Source: Eledone cirrhosa (taxonomy: Eukaryota). Taken from it: a stretch of 64,000 nucleotides of DNA. Both the position numbers and the translations under genes were made by a program. The notes under the pieces were generated by a model. That model worked only from the letters and a program-made list of their open reading frames with translations, did no database searches and was not told where the DNA came from. The stretch lies in NCBI GenBank assembly GCA_964016885.1, contig OZ024742.1, forward strand, positions 247,628,001 to 247,692,000. Direction: 5' to 3'. This document shows positions 40,620 to 55,651 of the stretch, piece after piece (within the stretch, counting starts at the first letter, position 1; each line of letters begins with the position of its first letter).

Positions 40620-42530
40620 TATAAGTGTCAATATTTTTATGGTTAGGGAGTAGTTCTGTGCGTAGATATCTGGTTTAGTGTATGCTTATATGGATGTGTA
40701 CGTCTATGTGCACATTCGAGTATATCTGCCAGGTCAACTTGAAATAGAATAATCGTGGAGTGGGGATGGAATGATACTTATTGAAAAAATATATTTTAGG
40801 CTTGTAAGTGTGTATGTGTGTGTATGTGTGAGTGTGTATGTGAGAGACAGAGAGAGAGTGTGTATGTGTATGTGTGCGTGTGTGTGTTTATGTGTGTGTG
40901 TGTGTGAGTGTGTTTGTCTGCTTGCAGGCATAGTTATCGTGACCTTCAGACAACAGATCTATAGAATTGGCGTCAGACCTAGCAGCAGATCACCCTAATC
41001 AAAGAATTGTCCAAATTCAACGAATGGCAAATTAAATCAATCTGTCAACGACGTGACGAGTTATTTGTTAGTTATCTGGAAAAAAAAACAAGGAATAACC
41101 AGCCGGTGATATTAAAGTAAAATCTAGTGGATGTTTTGGTTCAGGTATATTTACTAGTAATTAAGCGAGTACTTAAAAAAAAAAAAAGGAACGATCGACT
41201 TTTTTGTCAAATCGGACCGAGGGAACAATGTTTCCGTTGGTCTTTCCAATTGCTAATACTATTTATCGGTCGCAACTCCAGGTAGAAAAAGAGCAACGTG
41301 AAATAACGTGTCTTGCTCAAGGACATAACGCATCGCCTGGTCCAGGAATCGAACTCACAACCTTACGATTGGGAATATAATTCTCTAACCACTCAGCCAC
41401 ACGCCTTCACAAATTACCTTAAATTACAGTTAGAAGTATAGATTTGATTTAATAAAGATATACACACTTCTTGGTACTACGGCGTGAGTGGAATAGGTGT
41501 AGTAAATGATTACTATTTATTATGCAATGTAATGGGCCTATATATTTCTTTGGTACGTATGTGTGTTCCATGGAGCGCGGGGGGGGGGGGTGTCCGCTTG
41601 CAATTAGGTATCGATATTTCTGTAATCGAATGCTAGGGTAGGTGTTGTCGTTTTAATGCCGTTGTCTTAAAAAATGTTGCGGTATATACCAATTTAGGAG
41701 TAAATGTATGTGGCTTAAGGGTTGGATGGGCAGATTGGGTAGGTACAAGAATGGCTGACTATGTACTAGTTGCTTATGAGCTGCTTATGTACTGCAAGAT
41801 GAACTGACTATGTACTGTAGACCTAACGATGTATTTGTCAGTGTGGATGCATAATAGTGTGTGCAAATGTACTATGAATACCTAGGTTGTATGTTGCAGT
41901 GTGTGTATGTGGGGAAAAGTGTCTTACTCTCCTGTATCGTTAGAAGGTCTGAAGTTGAGTTACCTTTTGTAAATCCGGTTTTTGCCCGAGGTCAACAGTT
42001 CATCATAGTACATTTGAACACACAATTATGCATACACACTGACAAAAACATACCTAGATCTACATAACACACATGCACAAACGAGCTCAACTCTACAACA
42101 GTTCAATAACAGACTCTAATAGCACCCAGAAATAAATATAGAACTAACGCTTACGCACAAGCGACCACTACTCCACTCAACATTCAGCAGCAAACGTCAT
42201 TAGCATCAAGAAATATACACAGGAGTAACTCTTATTGAAGCACTTGAGCCGTGAGTGTTACACCAAAACACATATACCATCATTGGCAAAACACAATTAT
42301 TTGCAATTGCAGCAAGTACTTGCTGCTGTATCTAACGCTAATTCTATAGACCTGGTGTCTGAATATTAGGATACCCATGCCCGGGGGAAGACATACACCC
42401 TCAAGTTGACCAGAAAGATAAACTCGGATACGCACATAGATGTACATGTGCATATAAGCACTTACTAATCCTGATATCTACGCACACAATCACTTCCTAA
42501 TCATAAAATAAAACAAACATTAAAACTTAT
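40620..42530. repeat. Old diverged inverted repeat pair (possible foldback/MITE remnant)
   Basis: ~40630-40741 is the reverse complement of ~42402-42510, and ~40945-40988 of ~42320-42365. Confidence 0.6.
41295..41408 (-). mobile_element. tRNA-derived SINE (family S2, CORE-like central motif)
   Basis: Reverse complement: A box TGGCTGAGTGG, B box GAGTTCGATTCC, then tgtccttgagcaagacac. Confidence 0.8.
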
Positions 42531-42754
42531 AAGAAAAGAATTTACAATTGGATATGTAATGTATTTGGATAAACCACCAAACCCTTCTACAATCAGTCTG
42601 GAAGTAGCTGTTGAAACGGCAAGAGCTCCGCCGTCCGGTCTCGACACTTTATACTATAACCATACTCTACTACACTAAGTATCGAGTACTCAGTTGAGTA
42701 ATGGTATAACCAGTTTCAAAGTAAATCCATCCTGATTTATACACACACACACAC

Positions 42755-42845
<91 letters not shown>

Positions 42846-44100
42846 ACAAAACAATGGAGTTTTCACACTTTTCATAAATTCGAATACTTCTCAAATGTTT
42901 TGGTGAATAATATCCTATTTATTCACATGTTTTGCTGCACATGGTCTATGAAAAATATCTCTATATCAACCTTAAACATTTTATCCATTTTACAGTATTA
43001 CACATATGCACATCCCAATATTTACTCCCCTATTCAGAAAGCAAATTTTCGCACATGTCCTTCTCATTTGAACCCAAACTTCCGACATATCCCTTTACGT
43101 TGAAACAGGAAAGGTCTGGTAAGGTAATGATACCTTCGTTACATTAATACGCACAATCATCAACTTAAATATAATTGTAAATGTATATTGAATCGTATAT
43201 ATTATTTATTGCGATTGACTGTTTTAGAAATTAATCTCTACGTTTTGAGATTCCCACATTTTCAAATACACAGAAACACACACACACGCAAGTATGCCTC
43301 CCCCGCCCCCACATATATAGAGCGATTGAAAAAATGGTGCAGGTTGACAAATCCCTTCCCTGGGATATTTTAAACCAGCCGTATTGTAAATATACTCAGA
43401 ATCACGATATTCAAACTATTTCTCCGTACGTATATATTGATAATCGGTAAGTCGTTCCAGCTGACTTGTCTTGCAGGATTGAAATATATCAAGTTTGTTT
43501 TAAAGACAGTATCTATTCTTTACTAATTTCTGATTATTTGGAATAGCTATGCCAGTTATTTATTTTGATTTTTTTCTAGCTTTTAACCATCCTTAGGGGT
43601 AGTTTTGTTTACTAATTACATCGATAAACTCATACGAGAACATTTTCAACCCACAATTTAATATATATCCGTGGAGGGATTTAACTTCCTTAGTCATACT
43701 GTTGACATTAATAAACAGTCTCACAACTTTCTTGTTACATTTGTATATTCTAATCATATATATTTTAATCACACTCATATTTTAATAAAACCTGCAGCTT
43801 TGGTTGTGTTATAAATTATGACATGTTACTAGTCTTTAGAACTGTCAGCACAAATACATGCATACCTATTTCCCCTGTGAGTTACGCATGTGCTTTTACA
43901 AAACACTGTGTCATCCACAACACTGGCGCAGAACAAAATACCCGTTGATAACGTGATATTCCTCGTTGGATCATTATACCAAAAGCTTATTGTTTTAAGC
44001 AGACAGTATTATTGATTTAGGTGTCACAGAAACCCTGTACTGGATTTTACCATCAATTACTAGGGTCCAGGTTTGTTTTATATATATGTATATATATATA

Positions 44101-44228
44101 TCTCCCCTCTTGCTCTCTCTGTCTCTATCTCTCCCTCAAGAAAATTACTCTCCCCGGTGATTAATTAGACCGAGGGTTAAAAGGTTCAAATGATTAACAA
44201 AGCAATGCTAGAGAGGAAAAGTCTTTAA
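44101..44228 (+). repeat. 128-bp identical direct copy of 47019-47146 embedded in (TA)n
   Basis: Base-by-base comparison by eye. Confidence 0.9.
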
Positions 44229-46044
44229 TATATATATATATATATATATGATTATGAATATATATATATATATATATATATGATTATGTCATTTATTTTG
44301 TCTGACATGTTTAGATGGACTTGTTTTTTGACCTAGGTGGTTAATGGCTTCTTGACCGCCTTCTCATTTTTTATGGCCTTTATAACCTATGTTTATTGCT
44401 CTGGTCTTTTTTAGCCCATGGAGCTTTTTCTACCCGCCGAAATGCGATTCTCGCTGAATTTATACTTATATATATATATATATATATATTCTAAGCCAAC
44501 TAAAAATATCTAATACGATAGTAACATCAGACTCATTTATATATATTTTCAAAAAATTATGATCGACTAATTTGAGTGAAGATGTCTCCCTTTCTTTTAC
44601 ATTTTAAATAGCCCCTAGAAATAAGTTTTGCCTATTAATTACACAGATAAGCCCAGTATATTTAATAGTCTTATCACTTATAATATTACACCCACATATG
44701 AAACCTTATAAATAGTTAATTAGTTAGTATACTGAACACCCACTCCTGAAGTACTTTGCCCCCAGACATATTATGGACCAACAAAATAAGTTGATTGGAA
44801 GATAGAAGAAACAGTTTAGTTTATATTAAATATTTTGAATGTTGAGTAGAAAAATAGGCCACACACTGGTGAGGAGGAAGGATGTTTCGAGCATTTGTAA
44901 TGGAAGAATAACACAGAGGAATGAAATAGTTTACTGGTTGGGGTGAATGAATTAGGCCACACACAGGGGAGGATAATAATGATGATGGTGAATAGGATCA
45001 GGAGTTTAACGGATAGGATTGAAAAAGTAGCTACTGTTGGTGAAAGAAAGAAAATATGATTAGAAGACAGAAGAAACCATACAGTGTTATATTGAATACT
45101 TGTAGGGGTGATGTATTAAATAGCACACACTATGATGAGGAGTAGGAACAGGACGAGAAGGAGAAGTGTTACTGGGAGTATAACAGAGAAAGGTGAAAGA
45201 AGAAGGTACTGGTTTGTTAAAAGAAGAAAACAAAACAAACATAAGAGAGTAGCAAAGGTGATTATCTGTTAATGTAGCTGGGAAGTTCAATTAAGGCAAA
45301 CATTTCTTATTATGAACTGAGGAATAATTGATGAACCGACCAATAGTGGATTGGAAAGTAATATCGGCTTCTTAATTAGACTATGTCTTTTCAAACACCC
45401 CACCCACTCATAAACGCATACACGCACACACATATATATATATGCATGTGTGCGCCTAAGTGTACACATGTTCACATACGCACCCATAAATATATATACA
45501 TATATATATATGTACATATCTCTCCCTCAATCTCTCACTCTCTCTACATATACATGCATACTAAGCTTATACAAATTTTAGGCACACATGCATCCATATA
45601 CACGCACCTATAGGCACGTACCTAGACGTGGACTTACACGTACATGCACCCATATATACTCACACATACATACGCACACGCACACTGACACGCCGAAACA
45701 CACACAAGGGCGCACACTCACACAAACATGTATATTCAGATGTACACACCCATAGACATTGGTACCATCACCCATATTCACACAAACCAACAGCAGCCCT
45801 TTATATTAAGCCAATTCGTTTCTGAAGCCCCACAACCAGGGCCTTCGAAATAAATGTCATAAGAGGAAACAGGATTGTTCCACAATGCCCGTGGTTAAAG
45901 GGCCAGATCGATACAGATCGAACCTTGAACTGATCAATAGCAAAACATATATATATATATATATATATATACGATATATTAACAAATGGAAACTATATTT
46001 ATAAAACCATATTTATTTCATTATACATATTTCAAGGACACCAA

Positions 46045-46188
<144 letters not shown>

Positions 46189-46932
46189 GTGTGTATTTGT
46201 ATATGTATAAGAGCGTGGAAAGTTTTCCTGTTGCGAATTTCATCCACAACCCATTCGGCAGTCCGTGGCTATTGTAGAAGTCACCCCCACCAAGTGCCAC
46301 GCAGTCGAAGTGTCACCTGACACCAAGTGGTTGTCAATCGAACACGTTACCACATAGCCATGCCTGCACCTATTTAGTAATTTACTCTGTGATGTTCCGG
46401 TGGTCATTAACAGTAATATTGCTTTAATGTGACGCACTAATCAATGAACGGCCGAAAGATGGATTTATAATTAGGAACTTCCTGCCGGAGGGAAAATGTC
46501 ACTTTGTTGCCGAAAATCATAATAATGATGATGATGATGATGAATATGTGTGTGTGTTTGTATGCGTTTATGTGTGTGTAGATTTAGAATGTGTTTAAAT
46601 GTGTAGTTATGTGTGTAGGTATGTGTGTATTTTTGGGGCGTGCTCACGAGTGTAATTATGTGTTTTTTGTGTGTAATTCCTGGCAGTGTTTAAGAGTATA
46701 GCCTTTTGTGTGCAAGTATTTATCTGTGTGTATGTGTCTGAGTATCTGAGTGAACAGGAGTCTGTCTGTGTGTGTATCTAAAAGTATGTTAATGTGTGCC
46801 TATCTGTGTGTATGTATGCGTGTAAATTATGTACGTGAGGGTAGATTTGATTAGCTCATTACTTGAAAATGCTGAAGTGAGTTAGATGGAAGAGAGCTGT
46901 TTCGTGCTTAATGTATGCAACTCTCCCCCCTC

Positions 46933-46968
<36 letters not shown>

Positions 46969-47233
46969 CCAATCTCTGACTCACCTTCTGAATCTCTCTC
47001 TCCCCTGCTCTCTCTCTCTCTCCCCTCTTGCTCTCTCTGTCTCTATCTCTCCCTCAAGAAAATTACTCTCCCCGGTGATTAATTAGACCGAGGGTTAAAA
47101 GGTTCAAATGATTAACAAAGCAATGCTAGAGAGGAAAAGTCTTTAAGGAATGAAATACAGGCAAATAATAAAAGAGATAATGACGTTGTTTACTGCATAG
47201 CCAAACACACACATACAGACACACTCACACACA

Positions 47234-47343
<110 letters not shown>

Positions 47344-47707
47344 CAGAGGCACACACAGTCATGCTCATATAGTCACAAACACAATCATACACAGATATAG
47401 TAATCAGGAAATTTTCGTACGCACACTTTGTCATACTCTCAAACACACAACGTTGGTGCTGTTGTCACATGGCAGCACACATAGACAATTATACTCGCAT
47501 GTAACACATACAGGCATACACACACACTTAGTCATAAACAAAACCTCATACACATACACATACGTTGTCATACACTCAAACCAGCTATATTGAAGCTGGG
47601 GTGGTTGCGGTAGATCGTCTTCTGGAAGTGTCAGTTTTATGGGCAGTAATAGTGTTGAAGTTTGAGCTTTATATACGTAAAATATACTCACACAAATATA
47701 GAGATTT

Positions 47708-47846
<139 letters not shown>

Positions 47847-47929
47847 CAATGATATAATGATATCGACGTCATCAAGCACAACAACATAAGAATTTTTACA
47901 TATGATTCTTAGGTCCAGAAGATAATTAA

Positions 47930-48480
47930 TGGAGTGGGAGACCTGACATGACTTCAATCAGATCTACTTGCTGGTATCCAATGGGCGGATAAAAACAATA
48001 TGCTACTGAACGAGGAAAGGTTTGAACTGATCCAATTAGGGATAAGAGGAGGCCCTGAAACTATCAAATTCTTTTCCCTCAGGTGAAACGCTCCTGGCAT
48101 CCAACAACACCAGAGACCTTGGTGTAATTTTTTATAACAAATTAATCTGGGCTATTCATATAAACATCTAAGTTGACATGGCCCGCAGGATGAGTGCTTG
48201 TATTCTCAAAACTTTCTAGTCGAGAGATATCCATACCATTATCCTTCTCTTCTCTATTTTACTCAGCTCCACCTTGAATATTGTTGTCCATTGTGGTCTC
48301 CCCATACGAAACAAAGTTTTATGAAAATTGAAGCACCCCAAATATCGATCACAAAAATAATAGACCGCATGACAGGGCTTGAGTATCGGATTCGACTAGA
48401 AAGACTCAAATTTTAATCTCTCCAGCACTACTGTCAGCGTTAAATTAACTGCATGATATGGGAAATATTCCATCATCATT
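47930..48480 (+). mobile_element. CR1-group LINE RT C-terminal fragment
   Basis: DLQSDL...WADKNNMLLNEE.F...RDLGV...HLEYCCPLWSP...IE..Q...TK.I....L.Y..RL..L. Confidence 0.85.
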
Positions 48481-48483
48481 GCT

Positions 48484-48571
<88 letters not shown>

Positions 48572-48870
48572 AGAGCGAGAGAGAGAGAAACAAAGAGATA
48601 GATTCATACACACATATATATATTCAAGTGTGTGTATGTGTATGTGTGAAAATATGTTTGCAGAGAAAATGGCCGTTCTGATTCTTTTCTTCTCCAGATT
48701 TCTAAATGAGATATCATTCAGAAGTTCCCGCCTTATATGTTTGGCTTAAAAATTGGATTGTTGCTTAGTGCATTCTCCAACTTCGATTACCGTCTTTAGT
48801 TTCCTAGGCTTTAAAACTTAAGATAGCGCAATACGCAATATATGTTACATACAGGAATAACTATCTTTGT

Positions 48871-48997
<127 letters not shown>

Positions 48998-49153
48998 GAG
49001 ACAGAGAGAGAGTTATAAACCTCACTGCGACACCATACCGGGAACAATTGTTCCCAGTATGGTGAACTATCATGTTGTTACTACTTCTACAAAACTCGTC
49101 CCAAGGACTGAGTGCTCTACCACTACGGATATTACCTACCAGTGTTCTATCTC

Positions 49154-49291
<138 letters not shown>

Positions 49292-49901
49292 CACATATGC
49301 ACCCGCCTTCCTCATTAGATGATGAAAATCATAACCGCTTCATTCAAGTGTCAGAGATTAATTATTACATCCTTCGGTGTTCAGCGCTTCCGGTATTGCA
49401 TAATGGATTTAGTAGTATAGTAACGCATTACATAGTTTGGGTGAATTGTTTCCCTTTGGTTAAATGATATTGCTAAGTATGAAGGATTTATATTGATGAA
49501 TATATAAACTATATAAAGCCTTATAACTCTACAACCAAGAATTTACGAGGTAAGCATGACTCACATCCCATACAAAACACTTTCAATTGAATAACACATC
49601 CCCGCACATACGGTATACTCTAACAAAATACATCAACAACACAATCAGACAGTCATTGTTACATATCACACACTACACTCTTACACTGTACAATGTTACA
49701 CAGTATATAAACTACACATTTACACAGTACAGTGTACCACAGCACAGAATACTCTTTTACACAGTAGATTTACATAACACATACACTACACTGTTACATA
49801 GAACAATTGAAGAATTACACAGAACAATGTTGCACAATACATCCACATCACAACACACAGTTTACACTGTTACGCATTGCAGTTATACAACAGACAATAC
49901 A

Positions 49902-50340
49902 TTCTTCTTCTTCTTCTTCTTCTTCTTCTTCTTCTTCTTCTTCTTCTTCTTCTTCTTCTTCTTCTTCTTCTTCTTCTTCTTCTTCTTCTTCTTCTTCTTC
50001 TTCTTCTTCTTCTTCTTCGCCCACTTATTCATAAGAGCGTCGTGGGCAGAGTCCTCAAATACTCCCTCCTCCATTGGGTCCTGTCAGAAGCAACTGTCTA
50101 CAACTGATCCCGCTGGGTCCCCAAGTGAGGCCAGCAGATCTTGTGGATGTTGTCACACCATCTTGCTCGGGGTGTACTCCTGAACCTCCTGTTGGTTGTT
50201 TTTTTCCCATAGTTTCGGAGCTGTGATCTTGCACGGAGAAGTAGCGTCTCTCCCTGGAGTGACTATCTGATATCCGAACTACACATTCTATCGAGTAACG
50301 TTACTACAAAGACCCTTCTGGTGAACCCGATTTCGACCAC
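49902..50340 (-). mobile_element. RTE LINE 3' end with long (GAA)n tail (TTC run 49902-50018)
   Basis: Reverse complement gctacttctccg...agatcacagctccga matches the 30273-30307 RTE segment. Confidence 0.7.
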
Positions 50341-50949
50341 CTGTATTTTTGATCGTATTCTTTCATACTTACCTATGGTTATTACCCAAGATTCAGGACC
50401 AGAGGTAAGGTTTGGCACGAAAACCGAATTGAAGATAGCGAGTTTGGCTTGTACACCCAGTGTTACATGGCTGGAATAAAAATCATTGCACTGTCAGACA
50501 GTGCATTGATACAAGTTACACACACTATAGAAGTAGACAGTACAATGTTACACAATACGTACACTACACTATCTCTCAATGCATTGTTGTATAACACACA
50601 CCTTATATTGTTATACAGTGTAGATATACAATACACACACTATAATATACAGAAGTGATAAGACACATAATTTAGTATGCGGACAGGTCCAAAGAACAGC
50701 ATGATGAAACATATTTCTGCAATGGCATTTCGGCAGAAAATCAAAAGACAGTTGGAATCACGATAACAATGAACAGTGCCATAATCAAAGACAATACTAC
50801 TAATAACATTAATATATATGTTAATATCTAATGTTAATAGTAAGAATGGCATAGCATGTTGGTGTGAGTGGGAGAAGGAAATAGATGAAATATATACACT
50901 GTCGGGGAATATACATCCAATAAACGGGTGAAATCAATAATAATGATAA

Positions 50950-51181
50950 TGATTTCTAGTATAGGCACAAGGCCAGTATTTTTTTTCGTGTGTGTGTGTG
51001 GGGGGGGGGGTCGATTAAATCGATACCAAGACGTTGCTGGTGCTTTATTTTATCGACCCCCGTAAGGATGAAAGGCAAAGTTAACCTCTGCGGGATTTAA
51101 ACTCAGACCGTAAAGGACCGTAACTCTTTGCTGAAAAGCATCGTGTTCGACACTCTACCGATACTGTTAATCCACCGCCCT
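50950..51181 (-). mobile_element. SINE S1 with TSD (ggtgaaatcaataataat at ~50927 and ~51182)
   Basis: S1 homology plus flanking direct repeat. A further S1 fragment lies at 51330-51420. Confidence 0.85.
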
Positions 51182-51419
51182 GGTGAAATCAATAATAATA
51201 ATGATGATATCGATAAGGATTATGCTTCTGCTGATGATAGTGATAATAGAAGCAATATTGAAGAAACAATAACAATAAACAAGTGGTATATTTAATATAA
51301 TGGTTCCACTACCATGGAACCAACGATTGTATTACTGGTACATTATTTTATCGACCCCGTAAAGATGAAAGGCAATGTTGACCTCGAAGGGATTTGAACT
51401 CAGACTATAAAGGGCCGTA

Positions 51420-51715
51420 AACAATAGCAGTAGTTGTAGACGCTCTAGGAATGATACCTAAGGGGTCTAATGATTACTTATCCAAAATCCCAGGAAACCC
51501 GCGTATAACAGAAATAGAAAAGATAGTACTAATGAGAAAAGCCGATATCCTAAGGAATGTTCTGTCAATATAAGTACATCACAAGTCTAAACACCTAAAG
51601 ATGCATGTGTGTGTATGTGTGTTCTTTCTTGAACATGGCGGACCTTGTTGTCTCTTGAGGTCACTGCTTGTGACTTGGTGATAACTCGTATGAACATAAA
51701 GCAAGATTAATGAAA
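51420..51715 (+). mobile_element. R4/Dong-like 3' end fragment followed by (TAA)n
   Basis: IAVVVDALGMIPKG...IPG......IEKIVL...A.ILR.VL resembles the R4/Dong C-terminus. Confidence 0.65.
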
Positions 51716-51716
51716 C

Positions 51717-51770
<54 letters not shown>

Positions 51771-51796
51771 GACTTCATTTATTAGCCACAAGGGCC

Positions 51797-51852
<56 letters not shown>

Positions 51853-51853
<1 letters not shown>

Positions 51854-52145
51854 TAACCGATACCAGGACTTAAAGTGGGAGGTAAAAAGGATTTGGAACT
51901 GCCATGAAGTCAAAGTGATCCCGATTGTCATAGGCGCACTAGGGACTATCTCAAAAAGTTTCCAGGGATGGTTAAAGAAAATTGGCCCCTTCACGCTTTT
52001 TGGAACGCTTCAAAAGGCATGCTTGCTGGGAACAGCAAGAACCCTCCGATACGTCCTGAATATCTGAGACTGCAGGTAGTGGCTTGATATTCATTTCAAC
52101 AAACTTTCCAGTTAACTAACATCAATGACTGAGACTCAAAGAGTA
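51853..52145 (+). mobile_element. R4/Dong-like 5'-truncated 3' end within (TAA)n
   Basis: RYQDLKWEVKRIW...VIPIVIGALGTI...LQKACLLGTARTLR; close paralogue of 53583-53865. Confidence 0.85.
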
Positions 52146-52389
52146 ATAACAACAATAATAATAATAATAATCTTACAGCTGCAACCATAACAATATCACC
52201 TCAATCAACAACAGCAATGACCATAACTATACTGTTATAATAGTAATAATGATCTCCGTGCCAGCCAGCAAATGCACTACCCAAAGAGCCGGGAAACTTT
52301 CCATGTACGGCCAATACCATGCATAACGCAAGCATGTACTGCGAGATGAACAAATAAAAATTAATACACAATACCAAATCTCTTTTCCT

Positions 52390-53151
52390 ATGGTTAATCA
52401 GGAAGCGCGTCCCTCAGGAAGGTGCCAACCTGGGATCGAAAATTCCTCCTGTGGCACAAACTCTTCTCCAATTATGGACCTGGATGGTCACTTGATCGTG
52501 GATTGCCCCAACTCGAGCCCTCCAGATCCACCACCAAAACCACCTCAAAAAGAAAAACCTAAAAGGATGAAATGGACCCGAGAAGAGTATAAAGAAGTAA
52601 TATATGCATATTACTATGCATTACGTAAGCCATCACAAGACAGACACACTTTAAACACCTACACAATCTGGAAAACTCGAAATCAAGCTAGCAGACGTGA
52701 TATGGATGGAAATAAGTTGGCAAATGTAAAGAGCTATATCTTCAGAAATAATAGACTCACAGACACTGAACTAACTGCGATCAAGCACGCTGTGGAGAAT
52801 GACATAAATATAAATGATGAAAGAACTGAAGAATCTCCTGGAGATAGTAATCAGTCACAAGTTTTTACTGAAAGACCTCCATCTGACAAAATCACAAATA
52901 GGTTTGTAGAAATGAAAAGCCCTATTCAACCCGCTGAAAATAGCCAAGAGAGGGACTTAGAAACAGTAATTGAAAACCAAACATCTGCTGAAGAAGAGAG
53001 GGAGACTCTGAAGGAATTAAAGCAAAAAATACTGAATGAGCTTGCAGTAGTAAGACATTCTAATGTAAATGATAGAGAACCACTTCAAAAACTCCCTTAT
53101 ATAATCCAAAATAGAAAACAAATAATGATTGGTAATTCTGTGTTTTTTTAA
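52390..53151 (+). pseudogene. R4/Dong-like ORF N-terminal region (253 aa, truncated before RT)
   Basis: RMKWTREE...V..AYY......W..RN.......KLAN...YI..N..L...EL..IK is characteristic of R4/Dong N-termini. Confidence 0.72.
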
Positions 53152-53294
53152 AAATTATAATCAATGTGCTGTATTAACTGGCTTACCAATGCACGCTGTG
53201 TTTTTATTTGCCCTAGGTGTCAGGAAGACACTCGGCATATATCTCAGAAACAATAATTAAAAAAATAAAAATAACAATAATAATAATAATAAAC

Positions 53295-53865
53295 AGAATC
53301 ACTATAAAGGCTGGAGACATGATATGATAGGAAAGGGGATTCACTGGTATCTATGCAAAGTAAACGATTTACCACATATGAGAAATGGTATGAGCATAAA
53401 CCAGAGTCTGTGATAGAAAACGATCAAGTGAAGGTGCTATGGGATTTTAGGATGCAGACGCACAAGAAATTAGAACACATAGGCCGGACCTGGTGGTTTT
53501 TGACAAGGAAAAAAGATCGTACCTGATTGTAGATGTAGCCTGTCCCTTTGACACGATAGTGCAAGAAAGGGAGAGGGAGAAAATTAACCGATACCAGGAT
53601 TTAAAGCGGGAGTTAAAAAGGATTTGGAATTGTCATAAGATCAAGGTCATCCCGATTGTCATAGGAGCACTAGGTACTATCTCAAGGAGTTTCCAAGGAT
53701 GGTTAAAGAAGATTAGTCCAGCGCCGTGTTATGGAACACTTCAAAAGGTATGCTTGCAGGGAAGAGCAACAACCCTCCGATACGCCCAGAATGTCTGAGG
53801 CTGCAGGTAGCGGCTTGATATTCATTTCAACAAACTTTCCAGTTAAATAACATCAAAGACAGAAA
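53295..53865 (+). mobile_element. R4/Dong-like C-terminal restriction-like endonuclease fragment and 3' UTR, between (TAA)n tracts
   Basis: RHD...IHW.LC; WYEHKPESV.END..K.LWDF..QT; RPD.VV.DK....LIVDVACPFD...E.EK..RYQDL...PIVIGALG. Confidence 0.88.
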
Positions 53866-54242
53866 AATAATAATAATAACAATAATAATAACGGTTTCAT
53901 TGAGTTTCAGAAAAAGGATAGGCGAAGGGCATAGGTATGGAAAATAAAACAAATCATTTTTTTTTTTTCTTTTTTGGCCTCACCTGTTTATGTGAGAGTG
54001 GTGGTGAGTGAATTAGAAAGGAATGGGTCCTCCATCTCCCAAAACACCCCTCATACGGCTCCTCCTTTATCAGGAAAAGGTAAGTTTAATGGTGGTGGTG
54101 GCGCAGCTGGTGGATGATGAAGGTAGTGAAACGGAATAAACAGGTGCATGGGAGAGGTGGAGCAAAATATAAAGATTATTGAAAAACATGTCCGGAGTAG
54201 TCTTGAAAAAAGTTGTTGACTATTTAAAATAGACAGTATGTA

Positions 54243-54298
<56 letters not shown>

Positions 54299-54358
54299 TA
54301 TAAGCAATAAGCATACACATGCACCGCAACACACAAACACACGGATATAAACACACTT

Positions 54359-54400
<42 letters not shown>

Positions 54401-54510
54401 CATATATACATATATTATATATACATATATATACACATATATATATATATAGTCGCATATATGTTATAGAATACTATTAGCTTCTCGCTAAAACAATCTC
54501 TATACCTCTC

Positions 54511-54569
<59 letters not shown>

Positions 54570-54871
54570 CATATATATATAAATACCCCTTCTACTTATA
54601 TATATATATATTTATATATATATATATTTGTATATATGTATATATATATATTTGTATATACAGACAAAACTAATATAATTAATCAAAGAAGGAATGTGTA
54701 GCCGTACGAAAGTAATTAATAGAATCCCGGGTGATTCGTTTTCCCCTTATACAAATTTACATTATATATATATATGTATGTATATATATATATATAGGAA
54801 CCAGTAAGACCCCGACGGCTGAGCTCAAGCCGGTCGAAACGTGTGTGTGTGCGTGTGTGTCTGTATATATG

Positions 54872-54910
<39 letters not shown>

Positions 54911-55083
54911 ACATGAGTATATCTGTTCATGTATGTGTGTATATATATCGTTGCCTGTATATGTATATATATATGTATATATATATATATACATATACGT
55001 AAGTATGTATGTATATGTATGTATATGTATGTAAATATATATATATGGATTTATATATATATATCTGTCTATCTATCCCCCCC

Positions 55084-55158
<75 letters not shown>

Positions 55159-55581
55159 TATTTATATATGTATATGTAAACAAGTATACGAAAATAAATG
55201 AGTGAGATTGCAGGTCTCTTTTACCTTTCTGTCTTAAGATAGAGATAATATATAATGCAAGTAGAAGCATTGTTATAGGATAGAATTCAAAGGACTTGTA
55301 GAGAGTGATAAAGAGCAAATGACAGAAAGAAAGTCAGAACCGGTATGATTATATTGTGATGTAAGCAGTGATAATGGTGGATGAAAGTAATAGAGAATTG
55401 ATTGTACATGTGATAATATGAATGGTTGAAATACAAGTGCGGATATCTGTATAGACATATATCAATATATGGTCTAGTGACAGGCAACGACATATATACA
55501 CACATACATGAACAGATATACTCATGTACACACAAGCACACACACACACATATATATATATACATATATACATACATACAG

Positions 55582-55651
<70 letters not shown>

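Noticed and set aside
45820-45862. ctgaagcccc...gggccttcgaaa hairpin resembling an HHR
   Set aside because: The core is not CUGANGA and no stem I/III can be formed.
52250-52350. Possible HDV-like ribozyme at the 5' end of the R4/Dong fragment
   Set aside because: gccg/cggc and ac-tttccat-gt hint at P1/P3/L3, but I could not place the GG for P1.1, P2 or the catalytic C.
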